A DNA stretch of 64,000 nucleotides from a candidate division WOR-3 bacterium (GTDB taxonomy: Bacteria > Hydrothermota > Tepidihabitantia > Tepidihabitantales > Tepidihabitantaceae). A model generated the notes under the pieces. That model saw only the letters and a program-made list of their open reading frames with translations, did no database searches and was not told the origin of the DNA. Of the stretch, positions 9,896 through 19,851 are shown one piece after another; positions within the stretch are counted from its first letter, which is position 1, and every line of letters begins with the position of its first letter. The stretch is from assembly GCA_024653355.1 (NCBI GenBank), contig JANLFQ010000001.1, positions 640,576 to 704,575 on the forward strand, written 5' to 3'. A program made the position numbers and the translations under genes.

Positions 9896-12424
9896 ATGAA
9901 GAAATGGTATCTGAGCATATTAGTATTGGTAACGATGTGCCTCGGTGCGAAAACTACCTTTCCGCCGCTCGACAGCATTTACTTTTACTACGCCGAGGGG
10001 GCTTACGACAAGGCAAAAATCTTGATGACAAACCTCAGCACCAAGCAGTTCACGCCGGAACAGCATTTTTTATTAACCCTCGAACTTGGTGACTACTACC
10101 TCGACAAAGCCAGCGATTACCCCCGTGCCGAATCCATCTATCAGCGACTAATCGAACAGTACCCAAAACACAACCAATTGCCCGATATCCTCTATCGACT
10201 TGCCCTTGCCCAGGAATTACAGGAAAAGTTTCTGGATGCAGCCAAAAATTACGAACTGGTGGCGACAAAATATTTCAAATCCCGGTATGGTCAAGAGGCG
10301 CTCGATGCAATTGAACGCTGCTTCCGCAAAAACTATCAGGAACGTGTTGCTTATGTCAATGGCTACCCTCTGACTCGCATCGAACTCGATGACCGAATCA
10401 GCCGCAATCCAACTCTGTATGAGACCTTCGATAAAAAAATGGCATTGCTTGATACGATGATTGACAATCGTCTGCTTTATGAAGCGGCCCTTGCTCGGGG
10501 AATTGAAAAAGACCCAACGGTCGTACGGAGTATTACCGACACCCGAAACCGACTGATGTTTCAAACCTGGTATGAGCGCAAGGTTACAAGCAAAGCCGAA
10601 CCTGCGGAAAAGGAACTGAAAGTGCTCTACAGGAAAAACCAGTCAAAGTACACAACACCCGAAAAAGTCCGTGCCTATCAACTGGTCGTTGTATCGAAAG
10701 CCCGCGCCGATTCACTCCGCGCTCTGCTCATCGCCGACCCTACAAAATGGGATACACTGGTTAAATTGCATTCAATCGCGCCTGATAAGGAAAAAGCGGG
10801 CGATTTAGGTTTTTTTGCCCGGGGCGTGCACCCAAGGGAAATTGAAGAAATCGCTTTCAAACTTAAGCCGGGTGAAATCAGCCCGCCGGTGGCCATCCGC
10901 GATACTTATTATATCATCCGTGTTACCCAGAAGGAACCGCGTCACGTCAAACCATTTGATGAAGTTAAAAACCAGATTGCCGTTGAACTCCGCCAAGAAC
11001 GAAACAATCGTCTTTACGAACAGGAAATCGACCGTTTGAAGAAAGCCGCCCACATCGTACGCGATAGCCTTGCAATCGAACAAAACAAAGAGACTTTAGC
11101 AATAATCAACGGTGTCCCGATAACCTGGGAACATCTCCAACAACGACTTAACGCAATTCCCCCATTCTTCCGCGGACAGTTCGAAACACCCGAAGGTAAA
11201 CTCCGCATCCTTGACCAGTTAATCACTGAAAAACTTCTCCTCCGCGAATGTGAAAAGGAAAAGTTGTGGCTTGCCAATCGAGTAGTTGAACAGGTCCTGA
11301 ATCGCAAAACCGCCTTGCTCATCGATACCTATCGCCGGCAACAAACTACCGAAAGAATCCGGATCGACTCCCTTACTCTGATAAAAGAGTACCAGGCAAC
11401 CATCAACGACTTCAAAGAACCGGCGCGGGTACGTTGTCGGGAAATGGTCGCCCGCACCAAAGAAAAAGCGGAACAGTTGCGCCGTTGGGCTATCGCGGGC
11501 CAAATACCGACGCTCATCAGTGGCGTTGCTTTTCTCGTACCGAACGAAGAAAAAGCGCGGGAACTTGCTAACATCCTCGCTCAAACTACCAACCCCGATT
11601 CAATCGCAGTTCTTGGCGCGCTTGCTGGTTTTAATGTCCGCGTTTCTGGCACCCCAACGCTAAATATCGCTGGCCGTGATGTGAGTGACCTCTCCCAACC
11701 CTGTCAACTTGCCGGACCGTTCTTACCTGCTGACTTTTGTGGTCTTGCTTTTAACGACATCTCCCGCCAAGATAAACTTTACGAACCGGTTCTCATCCCT
11801 GTTTCCAACACCGAACAGTTGCAATCTCTTTTAAAACAAAACCGTCCCCCGTTTACTATGGAGATTATCGACTCAACCCGTTTCGGCAACTATATCCAAC
11901 TCACCAACCCGCTTCCAACCGGTTTCCTAAACAACCTCTTCGCCCTTGAGACCGGCGCTGTTACACCTATCTATAAAACGGCTAATGGTTACCTGATTGT
12001 CAAAATAACGAAAAAAGACACCGCCCAAAAAGTGACGTTCGAGGAACTCATTCGGCGATTCTCGACCTCGGGTAGCAAATGGGTTGGCGGCGAAATTTCC
12101 CTGACACGCGACGACAAATCCCGGGATAAAAAGGTTGTTGATGCTGCCTACTCAATTAGTAAGGGAGCCTACTCTCCCATAATCCGGCTCAACGATACCA
12201 CTTTTACATTTATCAAAGTGGAAGAAAAGAAACCCGCTTACACGCGACCTTTCTCCGAAGTCCGGAGCAAAATTGAAAACAAACTACGCCGTCAGCAGGA
12301 AAAAGAACTTTACGAACAACTGCTGAAAGAACTTCGAACTAAGGCAAAAATTGAAATTCTGATGAAAGAGGAAGACTTCGAGCCGGTTGAACCAACTCCC
12401 CAGTCTGAACAACAGAATAAATAA
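9896..12424 (+). CDS. Periplasmic chaperone/peptidyl-prolyl isomerase, SurA/PpiD-like with N-terminal TPR region
   Basis: 842 aa. Signal peptide. Two parvulin (PpiC) domains: …DLGFFARGVHPREIEEIAFKLKPGEISPPVAIRDTYYII… and …GGEISLTRDDK…AYSPIIRLNDTTFTFIKV…. AAGGAGG ribosome-binding site. Confidence 0.75.
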   Translation: MKKWYLSILVLVTMCLGAKTTFPPLDSIYFYYAEGAYDKAKILMTNLSTKQFTPEQHFLLTLELGDYYLDKASDYPRAESIYQRLIEQYPKHNQLPDILYRLALAQELQEKFLDAAKNYELVATKYFKSRYGQEALDAIERCFRKNYQERVAYVNGYPLTRIELDDRISRNPTLYETFDKKMALLDTMIDNRLLYEAALARGIEKDPTVVRSITDTRNRLMFQTWYERKVTSKAEPAEKELKVLYRKNQSKYTTPEKVRAYQLVVVSKARADSLRALLIADPTKWDTLVKLHSIAPDKEKAGDLGFFARGVHPREIEEIAFKLKPGEISPPVAIRDTYYIIRVTQKEPRHVKPFDEVKNQIAVELRQERNNRLYEQEIDRLKKAAHIVRDSLAIEQNKETLAIINGVPITWEHLQQRLNAIPPFFRGQFETPEGKLRILDQLITEKLLLRECEKEKLWLANRVVEQVLNRKTALLIDTYRRQQTTERIRIDSLTLIKEYQATINDFKEPARVRCREMVARTKEKAEQLRRWAIAGQIPTLISGVAFLVPNEEKARELANILAQTTNPDSIAVLGALAGFNVRVSGTPTLNIAGRDVSDLSQPCQLAGPFLPADFCGLAFNDISRQDKLYEPVLIPVSNTEQLQSLLKQNRPPFTMEIIDSTRFGNYIQLTNPLPTGFLNNLFALETGAVTPIYKTANGYLIVKITKKDTAQKVTFEELIRRFSTSGSKWVGGEISLTRDDKSRDKKVVDAAYSISKGAYSPIIRLNDTTFTFIKVEEKKPAYTRPFSEVRSKIENKLRRQQEKELYEQLLKELRTKAKIEILMKEEDFEPVEPTPQSEQQNK

Positions 12425-12435
12425 ACCTGAACATT

Positions 12436-12476
12436 AAGGCGGGGTAATGGGCTTCGTTACCCCGCCTTTTATTTAT
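12436..12476. terminator. Bidirectional rho-independent terminator
   Basis: Perfect 12-bp stem AAGGCGGGGTAA / TTACCCCGCCTT with a 9-nt loop. TTATTTATT run follows on the + strand. Sits between convergent genes. Confidence 0.7.
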
Positions 12477-13888
12477 TCAAACTCCAGAATCTTGATTCCG
12501 ATTTTCTTTACTAATCCCAGCACCTCTGCCTGGCGGCTCAATTCACCTTCGGCAAGTTTCAAATGCAAGGCACTGGCGGGAAATTCACCAAAAGTAGCAT
12601 CAACCGGCACCCAGCGGTCAAGATAAACCTCGTTCCAGGCATGGTAATAAAATGCACCATCCATGTAAACTAAACCGACAACTACTTTTGCGGGAATACC
12701 TGCGGCGCGACTTAGTGCAGCGTAAAGCACTGAATGCTCATTGCAATCACCTTTTAGATTCTCTAAAACATCCAATGCATTAGGCAATGAGGCAACCGCC
12801 TCCTTCTTTAGAGAGCGGTGAACCCAGTTCAAAATTCTTTCTGCCGCTGCCGAGGCATCTTCTACTCCTTTAACAATTTCCCTCGCCTTCTCCTTAATCG
12901 GTGCCGCGTCCGCCTGAATTGAAACTGAAGGTTGAAGATACTCTGATTCTGAAGTTATCGGCAGTTTCCGCCCAAGAATCGGGGAAGGGGTCACAATCTC
13001 CAGACGCAACGGCGACCTCGTCATAACCTGTTGATAGGTTCCGTCGAGGTCAAACTCTGCTGTATCAAGCCCGGTAACCTCCATCACTACTCGTCTTACC
13101 TTATTCGGCTCAGGAACCACCGTGTCAACGGGCACCGCAAACAGACGCAGCAGGTCAACAGGATATCCTGACTCTCCCGCTAACGCCTCTTTCTCGCTAA
13201 CCCGATAAGAGTTCAACCCCATGGGAGACTCTTCTTTAACGGTCATTCCGTTCGCATCCAGCCAGGTTGTAACTTCGGTTTTTGCCCGCTTAACTTTCAC
13301 CTTCAATGTCGGGATTGTTCCCCCGTTTAATTTAATTGATTCAGGACCCAACACCGTAACAGTTGTGGGTAATGTATCCATCACCGTGCCGTCAAATGTC
13401 AGATAATTTAAACTCATGCCTGATTCGTGATTTCCCGTAACCACTATGCGACCAAGCGCTTCGATTGGATAAAGCTGCCGTGTTAATTTGATACGATGCG
13501 CACCTTTCACCCCCACTCGCTCCATTATCAACCACCCATCCTCAACCCTTCCGTTAGCCTTAAATAAACCGTCTTGCGAACCCAGTTCAAATTGAAAAGA
13601 ACGCAGGGTCCAATCGGAATTGGTAACTACCCGGGAATGAAAATTAACCCGCTGGATTTTGCCCAGCATACCTACTGTCATTCTCATAATGTTGTCAAAT
13701 TTATACCCGTCTGCGACTGGAACACATCTCGTTACCGCCCAGCCGACCTTCTTCCCCATTAGATATGTCGCCAGCCACACACCATTCGAATCGTTACCCG
13801 AATCTGTAAACCCTCTTGCTTTTCTATCGGTTTTGCCTCCACAGGCAAAAATTAAAACAAATATTACTCCTATTACTATCTTCTTCAT
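12473..13888 (-). CDS. Transglutaminase-like cysteine protease superfamily lipoprotein
   Basis: 471 aa. Lipoprotein signal (…IFACGG). Cys-His-Asp core GDCNEHSVLYAALSRAAGIPAKVV…YHAWNEVYLDRWVPVDAT. Confidence 0.65.
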   Translation of the reverse strand: MKKIVIGVIFVLIFACGGKTDRKARGFTDSGNDSNGVWLATYLMGKKVGWAVTRCVPVADGYKFDNIMRMTVGMLGKIQRVNFHSRVVTNSDWTLRSFQFELGSQDGLFKANGRVEDGWLIMERVGVKGAHRIKLTRQLYPIEALGRIVVTGNHESGMSLNYLTFDGTVMDTLPTTVTVLGPESIKLNGGTIPTLKVKVKRAKTEVTTWLDANGMTVKEESPMGLNSYRVSEKEALAGESGYPVDLLRLFAVPVDTVVPEPNKVRRVVMEVTGLDTAEFDLDGTYQQVMTRSPLRLEIVTPSPILGRKLPITSESEYLQPSVSIQADAAPIKEKAREIVKGVEDASAAAERILNWVHRSLKKEAVASLPNALDVLENLKGDCNEHSVLYAALSRAAGIPAKVVVGLVYMDGAFYYHAWNEVYLDRWVPVDATFGEFPASALHLKLAEGELSRQAEVLGLVKKIGIKILEFE

Positions 13889-13935
13889 CCATTTAAAACT
13901 AACAAGGAATCATCGTGTGTCAACAGGTTCTGGTG

Positions 13936-13963
13936 TTGACTTTACCCCTGATTATTTTACAAT
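13936..13963 (+). promoter_or_regulatory. Sigma70-type promoter TTGACT-N16-TACAAT for tRNA-Leu
   Basis: -35 TTGACT at 13936 and -10 TACAAT at 13958. The tRNA starts 7 nt later. Confidence 0.5.
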
Positions 13964-13970
13964 TTCCTGC

Positions 13971-14056
13971 GCCGAAGTGGCGGAAATGGCAGACGCAGCG
14001 GACTCAAAATCCGCCGCCCAGCGATGGGCTTGTGGGTTCGACTCCCACCTTCGGCA
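13971..14056 (+). tRNA. tRNA-Leu (anticodon CAA)
   Basis: Hand-folded. Acceptor GCCGAAG/CTTCGGC. Class II long variable arm (GCCCAGCGATGGGC). T-arm GTGGGTTCGACTCCCAC. Anticodon loop CTCAAAA. No encoded CCA. Confidence 0.85.
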
Positions 14057-14060
14057 GTTA

Positions 14061-15221
14061 CTATTTAAAAACGGGGAAAGTTGCCACAACCGGACGATGG
14101 TCGGAAATCAGACGTAGATAATCAACCAGTTCATCATCCAGACGCAGCGTAGTTGTCCTCCCACCTGTGTACTCAGTCAGGACATCGCTGGTCACCAGAA
14201 TATGGTCGAAAAGCACCCCGGAAGTAACAAGCGACCCATAAAACTCGTTTCCCGCCAGAGGTTGCGTCAGAAAGCGGTAATTAATTGTATCTGCAAGAAA
14301 TGGTAAAAATACATTTTGTGGCTCAGGTTTATCCAATTCGTCATTCCAATCACCCGCAACTACAAAATCTTGTTCACCACCCCGTGCCAGTTGACTGTCA
14401 ATGTACGTTTTAAGTAACCTACAGGCACCAGCCCGCCTTGCCCGGTCGGAAACACTCGACCCCGCTTTCAGATGTAAAACAATTAATCGGAAATCAAAAG
14501 TAGCGCCATTGCTTGATGCAGTAACCGTCATCACCAGCGGCGGTCGAGGAAAAGAGTCGTTCCCCCAGAAAATCTGGTGAACATCGCTCACATCAATCAT
14601 CCCGCTCTTGTATATCACCGCCGTCTTCTGATAAAACGACCCGTAATTATCACGGGAATAAAATCCCTGATAATTGGGTAAACCTGCAAGAAGATTTAAA
14701 AAGGCAATTGTGTCTTCAATCTCCTGGATGCAATACAAATCCAAATCCATCCGCGGAATAATTGTCCTAAGTAACATCAAGGTAGAATCGCCATTCTTGG
14801 GAAAGTTCTGAATGTTCCAGGTAACGATTTCCAGTGTCGTATCGTCGCCCAGAGAAGGAATCGCACCGGGAAACTCAATACGAAAGGGCGCCAGTGCAAC
14901 AATTGAACGGGCGCCCGAATCATCAACCGCCTGGAGGCAAAAAACATGACTCCCCCACGAAAGGTTATAAAGCGTTACCCCGGTAGATTCGGTCCAGATG
15001 CTCGGCGTCGTATCATCCAGACCGTAAAAGTAACCGACAATCCTACCATCAAAGTCGGTCCCCTGCCATTGAAATCGGGCTGAATCGACATCAGTAATGA
15101 CGCTGGGTTTAATGGTAAACACAACCGTTGGTTTCCGATTGCCATTGGGTAATGGTTCGGTACAACTTAAAATAAGAATTAATCCCAAGAGCCACTTATT
15201 CATCAAAAAAAAGATTATCAT
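14061..15221 (-). CDS. Endonuclease/exonuclease/phosphatase (EEP)-family lipoprotein with N-terminal Ig-like domain
   Basis: 386 aa. EEP motifs LEIVTWNIQNF, VVAGDWNDE, SDHRPVVATF. Lipoprotein signal. Stop codon lies 4 nt from the tRNA-Leu 3' end, on the opposite strand. Confidence 0.75.
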   Translation of the reverse strand: MIIFFLMNKWLLGLILILSCTEPLPNGNRKPTVVFTIKPSVITDVDSARFQWQGTDFDGRIVGYFYGLDDTTPSIWTESTGVTLYNLSWGSHVFCLQAVDDSGARSIVALAPFRIEFPGAIPSLGDDTTLEIVTWNIQNFPKNGDSTLMLLRTIIPRMDLDLYCIQEIEDTIAFLNLLAGLPNYQGFYSRDNYGSFYQKTAVIYKSGMIDVSDVHQIFWGNDSFPRPPLVMTVTASSNGATFDFRLIVLHLKAGSSVSDRARRAGACRLLKTYIDSQLARGGEQDFVVAGDWNDELDKPEPQNVFLPFLADTINYRFLTQPLAGNEFYGSLVTSGVLFDHILVTSDVLTEYTGGRTTTLRLDDELVDYLRLISDHRPVVATFPVFK

Positions 15222-15334
15222 TACCAGCCCCTATGTCCAGAATATGCTCTTCAATTAGATAACTCTAAACTCCTCTTTCCGTTTCATATTACATAACAAA
15301 TAACAAACAGTTGATATTGAATACCGCTGTCTTC

Positions 15335-15363
15335 TTGACTCCATTTAAAATAGCCGGTATAAT
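15335..15363 (+). promoter_or_regulatory. Sigma70-type promoter TTGACT-N17-TATAAT upstream of nusA
   Basis: Consensus -35 and -10 hexamers with 17-nt spacing, about 65 nt upstream of the nusA ATG. Confidence 0.55.
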
Positions 15364-15429
15364 GCCCATTATGAATTGGTTGACATTTGGAATTGGGACA
15401 AACTTAGAAAAGGAGAAAGAAAGAAAGCG

Positions 15430-16671
15430 ATGAACAATAAAGAAGTTGCCAATCTTATTGCCCAGATAGCACGAATCAGAAATGTCGATATTACTTATGT
15501 CTGCGAAATTCTGCGGATGAGCATCATCACCGGACTAAAGCGCCGCTTTGGGCCAAATACCGAAGCCGAGGTTACCATCAACCCGGAACAGGGCGAAATC
15601 AGGGTTTTTCTAACAAAAAAGGTTGTTGAGCGGGTTAACAATCCGGGACAGGAAATAAGTCTCGAAGAAGCAAAGGTTACAAACCCGACTGCCGGCATCG
15701 GTGATGTCGTACGCGTTGAAATGCCACTTGATGAACTGGGACGAATCGCCATTCGTAAGGCATCGGACGAGTTGATGCAAAAACTGCGTGAAGCAGAACG
15801 CGACCGCCTCTATGAAGAGTACAGCCGAAAGAAAGGCGAAATCGTTACCGGTACCATTCAAAGAATTGGCGAACGGGAAATCATCGTTAATCTCGGACTT
15901 ATTGAAGCAACGCTCCTCAACCGCGACCAGTTAAAAACCGACCATTATCGTCAAGGACTACCGATTAAAGCCTATGTCTACAAAGTAGAGAAAACACCGA
16001 TTGGTCCTCGGGTTTATCTGTCCCGAACCCATCCCGAATTTCTCCGCAAACTTCTTACCCGGGAAGTTCCGGAAATCAAAGAGGGGGTTGTTGAAATCAA
16101 GGCGATTGCCCGGGCACCCGGTTCTCGCTCAAAAGTTGCCGTCGCTTCGCTGGACGATAAAATCGACCCCATCGGCGCGTGTGTTGGTTACCGTAAGTCG
16201 CGCATTGAAAATATCATCAAAGAATTGTCCGGTGAGAAAATCGACATTATTCAGTGGAGTCGGGACATTCAGGTTTTTATCGCTCGTGCCCTCGGTCCAG
16301 CAAAAGTTTCTGAAATCGTCCGCGAGGGTGATACCTATTATGTTGTTGTTCCTGACGCCGAATTCTCCATCGCTATCGGCAAGAAGGGTCAGAATGTCTG
16401 GCTTGCCAGCCTCCTCACCAACACCAAGATTGAAGTCCTGAAAGAAAGTGATTACCGTAACCGCCAAATTATGAACCGGGCGGCAAAAATTTCCTTAAAC
16501 GACCTGGGATTCTCGGAAGATTTAACGGCAAAATTCCAGGAAGCGGGCTTGAAAACCGCTTTCGATTTTCTCAACCTCCCGCCCGAAGAGTTAGTCCGCA
16601 TAACCCAATTGAGTGACGACGAAATTAAAACCCTTAAAGAACAGGCGCGGGAAAAGATATGGTCAAGTTAA
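15430..16671 (+). CDS. nusA: Transcription termination/antitermination factor NusA
   Basis: NusA N-terminal domain, S1 domain and two KH domains recognisable. Start placed at the ATG after the AAGGAG ribosome-binding site; the ORF track extends to 15376. Confidence 0.9.
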   Translation: MNNKEVANLIAQIARIRNVDITYVCEILRMSIITGLKRRFGPNTEAEVTINPEQGEIRVFLTKKVVERVNNPGQEISLEEAKVTNPTAGIGDVVRVEMPLDELGRIAIRKASDELMQKLREAERDRLYEEYSRKKGEIVTGTIQRIGEREIIVNLGLIEATLLNRDQLKTDHYRQGLPIKAYVYKVEKTPIGPRVYLSRTHPEFLRKLLTREVPEIKEGVVEIKAIARAPGSRSKVAVASLDDKIDPIGACVGYRKSRIENIIKELSGEKIDIIQWSRDIQVFIARALGPAKVSEIVREGDTYYVVVPDAEFSIAIGKKGQNVWLASLLTNTKIEVLKESDYRNRQIMNRAAKISLNDLGFSEDLTAKFQEAGLKTAFDFLNLPPEELVRITQLSDDEIKTLKEQAREKIWSS

Positions 16672-18767
16672 AAGTCTTTGAGGCTGCCAAACAGTTAAGC
16701 CTTTCCAGCGAGGCGCTGCTGGCGCTCCTCAAAGAACTAAATTTCCCTCCCCGGGGCTACACTTCTTACATTACCGAAACAGAATTTGAAGCGGTGAAAC
16801 AGAAGCTCCGGAGAGAAAAACACCAGTTCAAAGAGTCGATCCGCCGCCGCAAACCACCGGAATCATCAGCGCTTAACACCCGAAAGATTGACGAAAAAGA
16901 GATCAATCAAAACCTAAAACAAACTTTAGCGAAAGTTTACGGTCGGGACAAAAAGAAACGAAAACCGACCCGGGAAGAACTTAAATGTGAACCTGTCGAA
17001 TCAACCGGCACCGCCGCGGTTAAAATTACCCCTTATATGACCGTTACCGAACTGGCGCACGCTTTCAACATCCCGGTTTCGGAGATTATTAAAAAGTGTT
17101 TAGCCATTGGTTTACGCGCCACCGTCAATCATCGCCTCGACCTTGATACGATTATGTTAATCGCTGACGAATTCAAAATTGCGGTCCAGCAAGAGGAAGA
17201 GATTGAAAAGCCAATTGCAAGATGTGACTTTAGACCCCGACCGCCGGTCGTTGTTGTAATGGGACATGTTGACCATGGAAAAACCGCTTTACTCGACTAC
17301 ATCCGCAAGACAAAAGTGGCTGAACAAGAGGTTGGCAGGATAACGCAGCACATTGGTGCCTATGTCGCCCATTACGGCGACAAGCCGATTGTCTTTCTTG
17401 ATACACCGGGGCACGAAGCGTTCACCGCAATGCGGGCACGCGGTGCCCAGGTGACCGATATTGCCGTACTTGTTGTCGCCGCCGATGAGGGCATTATGCC
17501 CCAAACGCTCGAAGCCCTTGACCACGCCCGGGCCGCCGGTGTCCCGATTATCGTTGCCATCACCAAGTGCGACCTGCCCACCGCAAACCCGGAACGGGTA
17601 AAAAGTCAGCTTGCCAACCACAATCTCCGGGTAGAAGAGTACGGTGGCCATACGGTGTGCATTGAAACTTCATCAGTTACCGGTCAGGGCATTGAGGCGT
17701 TACTTGACGCCATTGCTGTAGTCAGTCTGGAAATGAATCTCCAGGCCCCCTATGATGGACCAGCCCGCGGCGTGGTGATTGAAGCCCGAGTTGACCGGGG
17801 CCGGGGTAACATTGCCACCGTATTGATTCAAGAAGGGACATTAAAGCGCGGTGACCCTTTTGTTGCCGGTGAGCATTATGGCAGAGTGCGCGATATGCTC
17901 AACGAATCGTTCATCTCAATTGAAAACGCAACACCATCGATTCCTGTACAGGTACTTGGTTTTTCGGGATTGCCTCAAGCCGGCGACCGCTTTGAGGTAG
18001 TAGAAGATGAACGCACCGCGCGCGAAATCGCCCGGCGGCGATTACTCGCGAAACGCGACCGCATCCTTGCCGCCAGCAAGCCCAAAGTGTCTCTCGAGGC
18101 GCTCCAGGACCAGATTGCCAAAGGACAGGTCAAAGAGTTAAAAATCGTCCTGAAAACTGATGTCTCCGGCTCCGCCGAAGCACTGAAAGATGCCCTTGAA
18201 GGTTTGTCACTGGACGAAGTAAAAGTCAAAGTTATTCACTCTGGTGTCGGACCAATAACCCAGAACGATGTTCTTCTGGCTCAGGCATCAGAGGCAATTG
18301 TTATCGGTTTCAATGTCCGTCCTCTGGCTGACGCCCGCCAATTTGCTGAGCGTGAAGGGGTTGAAATTCGCACCTATCGAATAATCTACGCGGCAATCGA
18401 CGATGTCCGGGCGGCAATGTTGGGTATGCTCGAACCGGAACAAAAAGAGGTAATCTTGGGGCGCGCCGAGGTCCGACAGGTCTTCTCCGCTCCGCGTATC
18501 GGTTTGATTGCCGGTTCCTTTATCACCGAAGGTAAAGCGGTCCGCGGTGCTCTGGTTCGGGTTATCCGTCAGAACCGAACAATTTTTTCCAGCGAGGTCG
18601 TGTCGCTGCGGCGTTTCAAGGATGATGTCAAGGAAGTTGCCACCGGCTACGAATGCGGTATCGGCATCAAGGATATAACTGACCTCAAGGAGGGCGACAT
18701 CCTTGAATTTTATCAGATTGAAGAAATAAAGCGCGGTACACCCAGTTCAAACGAACGGGGAAGTTGA
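16659..18767 (+). CDS. infB: Translation initiation factor IF-2
   Basis: 702 aa. GTPase motifs [22 protein letters not shown]2_N domain. Overlaps the nusA stop. Confidence 0.95.
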   Translation: MVKLKVFEAAKQLSLSSEALLALLKELNFPPRGYTSYITETEFEAVKQKLRREKHQFKESIRRRKPPESSALNTRKIDEKEINQNLKQTLAKVYGRDKKKRKPTREELKCEPVESTGTAAVKITPYMTVTELAHAFNIPVSEIIKKCLAIGLRATVNHRLDLDTIMLIADEFKIAVQQEEEIEKPIARCDFRPRPPVVVVMGHVDHGKTALLDYIRKTKVAEQEVGRITQHIGAYVAHYGDKPIVFLDTPGHEAFTAMRARGAQVTDIAVLVVAADEGIMPQTLEALDHARAAGVPIIVAITKCDLPTANPERVKSQLANHNLRVEEYGGHTVCIETSSVTGQGIEALLDAIAVVSLEMNLQAPYDGPARGVVIEARVDRGRGNIATVLIQEGTLKRGDPFVAGEHYGRVRDMLNESFISIENATPSIPVQVLGFSGLPQAGDRFEVVEDERTAREIARRRLLAKRDRILAASKPKVSLEALQDQIAKGQVKELKIVLKTDVSGSAEALKDALEGLSLDEVKVKVIHSGVGPITQNDVLLAQASEAIVIGFNVRPLADARQFAEREGVEIRTYRIIYAAIDDVRAAMLGMLEPEQKEVILGRAEVRQVFSAPRIGLIAGSFITEGKAVRGALVRVIRQNRTIFSSEVVSLRRFKDDVKEVATGYECGIGIKDITDLKEGDILEFYQIEEIKRGTPSSNERGS

Positions 18768-19072
18768 CCGTATACGCCAACCGGCAGATGAGTGTTGGTT
18801 TACTACTGGTTGACTGCTTTCTCGGGAACAGTTTTTCATTAAAAGAAAAACGCCGGGTGCTATCCAGTTTAACCACCCACCTCCGGCGTGACTACAACAT
18901 TGCGCTGTGCGAAGTTGAATACCAGAACCAGTGGCAGCGCGCGAAGTTAGCAATTGTTTTCGTTAATACCGAATGGCAGATGGTGCTCCAAAATGCCCAG
19001 AAAATCATCACCCGGATTGAACAAGATGGCCGGGTCAGCGTCTTGAACTCGGAAATGACCCGCCTTCGTTAA
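18764..19072 (+). CDS. DUF503 (YlxP-like) protein
   Basis: 102 aa. Sits immediately after infB, as ylxP does in many bacteria. LLLVDCFLGNSFSLKEKRR pattern. Confidence 0.6.
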   Translation: MTVYANRQMSVGLLLVDCFLGNSFSLKEKRRVLSSLTTHLRRDYNIALCEVEYQNQWQRAKLAIVFVNTEWQMVLQNAQKIITRIEQDGRVSVLNSEMTRLR

Positions 19073-19851
19073 CGCAAAAATAATAAAACCGCAACTCCAA
19101 CGAGCCAGCAGTAAAATCCAAATAAAAAGAACCAGCGGCTGAGTACAAACCGCCGTAAAAATAGAATCATAAAAAAACCAACCACCCCCGCCGTAACGAT
19201 ACCCAGGATTACCGGTCCCAAGGCAATGACGGAAAAGTCAAAGCGCAGCAGTTCAAAAATCGCCGCACCCACCGTAATCGGTACCGCCAGCAGGAAAGAA
19301 AATTCAAATGCCTGATACCGACTGATTCCCAGCAATAGTGCCAGACCGATTGTTGTCCCGGAACGGGAAATTGCCGGTAGTATCGCTGTCGATTGAATCA
19401 GCCCGATCAACAGTGCTTCTTTCCAGTTAACAGACTTGGTGCCATTCGGGGCATACCGCGTGGCAAAAAGTAAAAAACCATTGAGTAAGAAGAACATGCC
19501 GATTAATTTTGCGCTGGTAAAAATGTGCTCAACCAATTCACCCATCAACACCCCGACAACTACCGCCGGCAAAGAGCCGACGAGCACCATAAAAATCAGC
19601 TTCCGGTTGCAATTACGCTCCTGTTGCTCGCTGGAAAACGCTCCCCGCACGACCTCTTTTAGCCTACCGGCAAAGAACGCAATAAGCGCAACTGCGGTAC
19701 CAAGATGAAGGGCGGCGGTTAGATTAACCCTCACCTTTTCGGGGATGTTCCACAGATATTGCAAAACCGCTAAATGGCCATCGCTCGAAATCGGCAGGAT
19801 TTCGGTAACTCCTTGCACTAAACCCAGAACAAAGCTTTCTAACCAGCCCAT
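19069..19851 (-). CDS. uppP: Undecaprenyl-diphosphatase
   Basis: 260 aa. BacA/UppP motifs (GVTEILPISSDGHL…, ISRSGTTIG). Confidence 0.9.
   Translation of the reverse strand: MGWLESFVLGLVQGVTEILPISSDGHLAVLQYLWNIPEKVRVNLTAALHLGTAVALIAFFAGRLKEVVRGAFSSEQQERNCNRKLIFMVLVGSLPAVVVGVLMGELVEHIFTSAKLIGMFFLLNGFLLFATRYAPNGTKSVNWKEALLIGLIQSTAILPAISRSGTTIGLALLLGISRYQAFEFSFLLAVPITVGAAIFELLRFDFSVIALGPVILGIVTAGVVGFFMILFLRRFVLSRWFFLFGFYCWLVGVAVLLFLR

Noticed and set aside
13659-14121. Two plus-strand ORFs (152 aa and 68 aa) in the tRNA-Leu region
   Set aside because: Both run through the tRNA-Leu gene and its promoter. The region is better explained by the tRNA.
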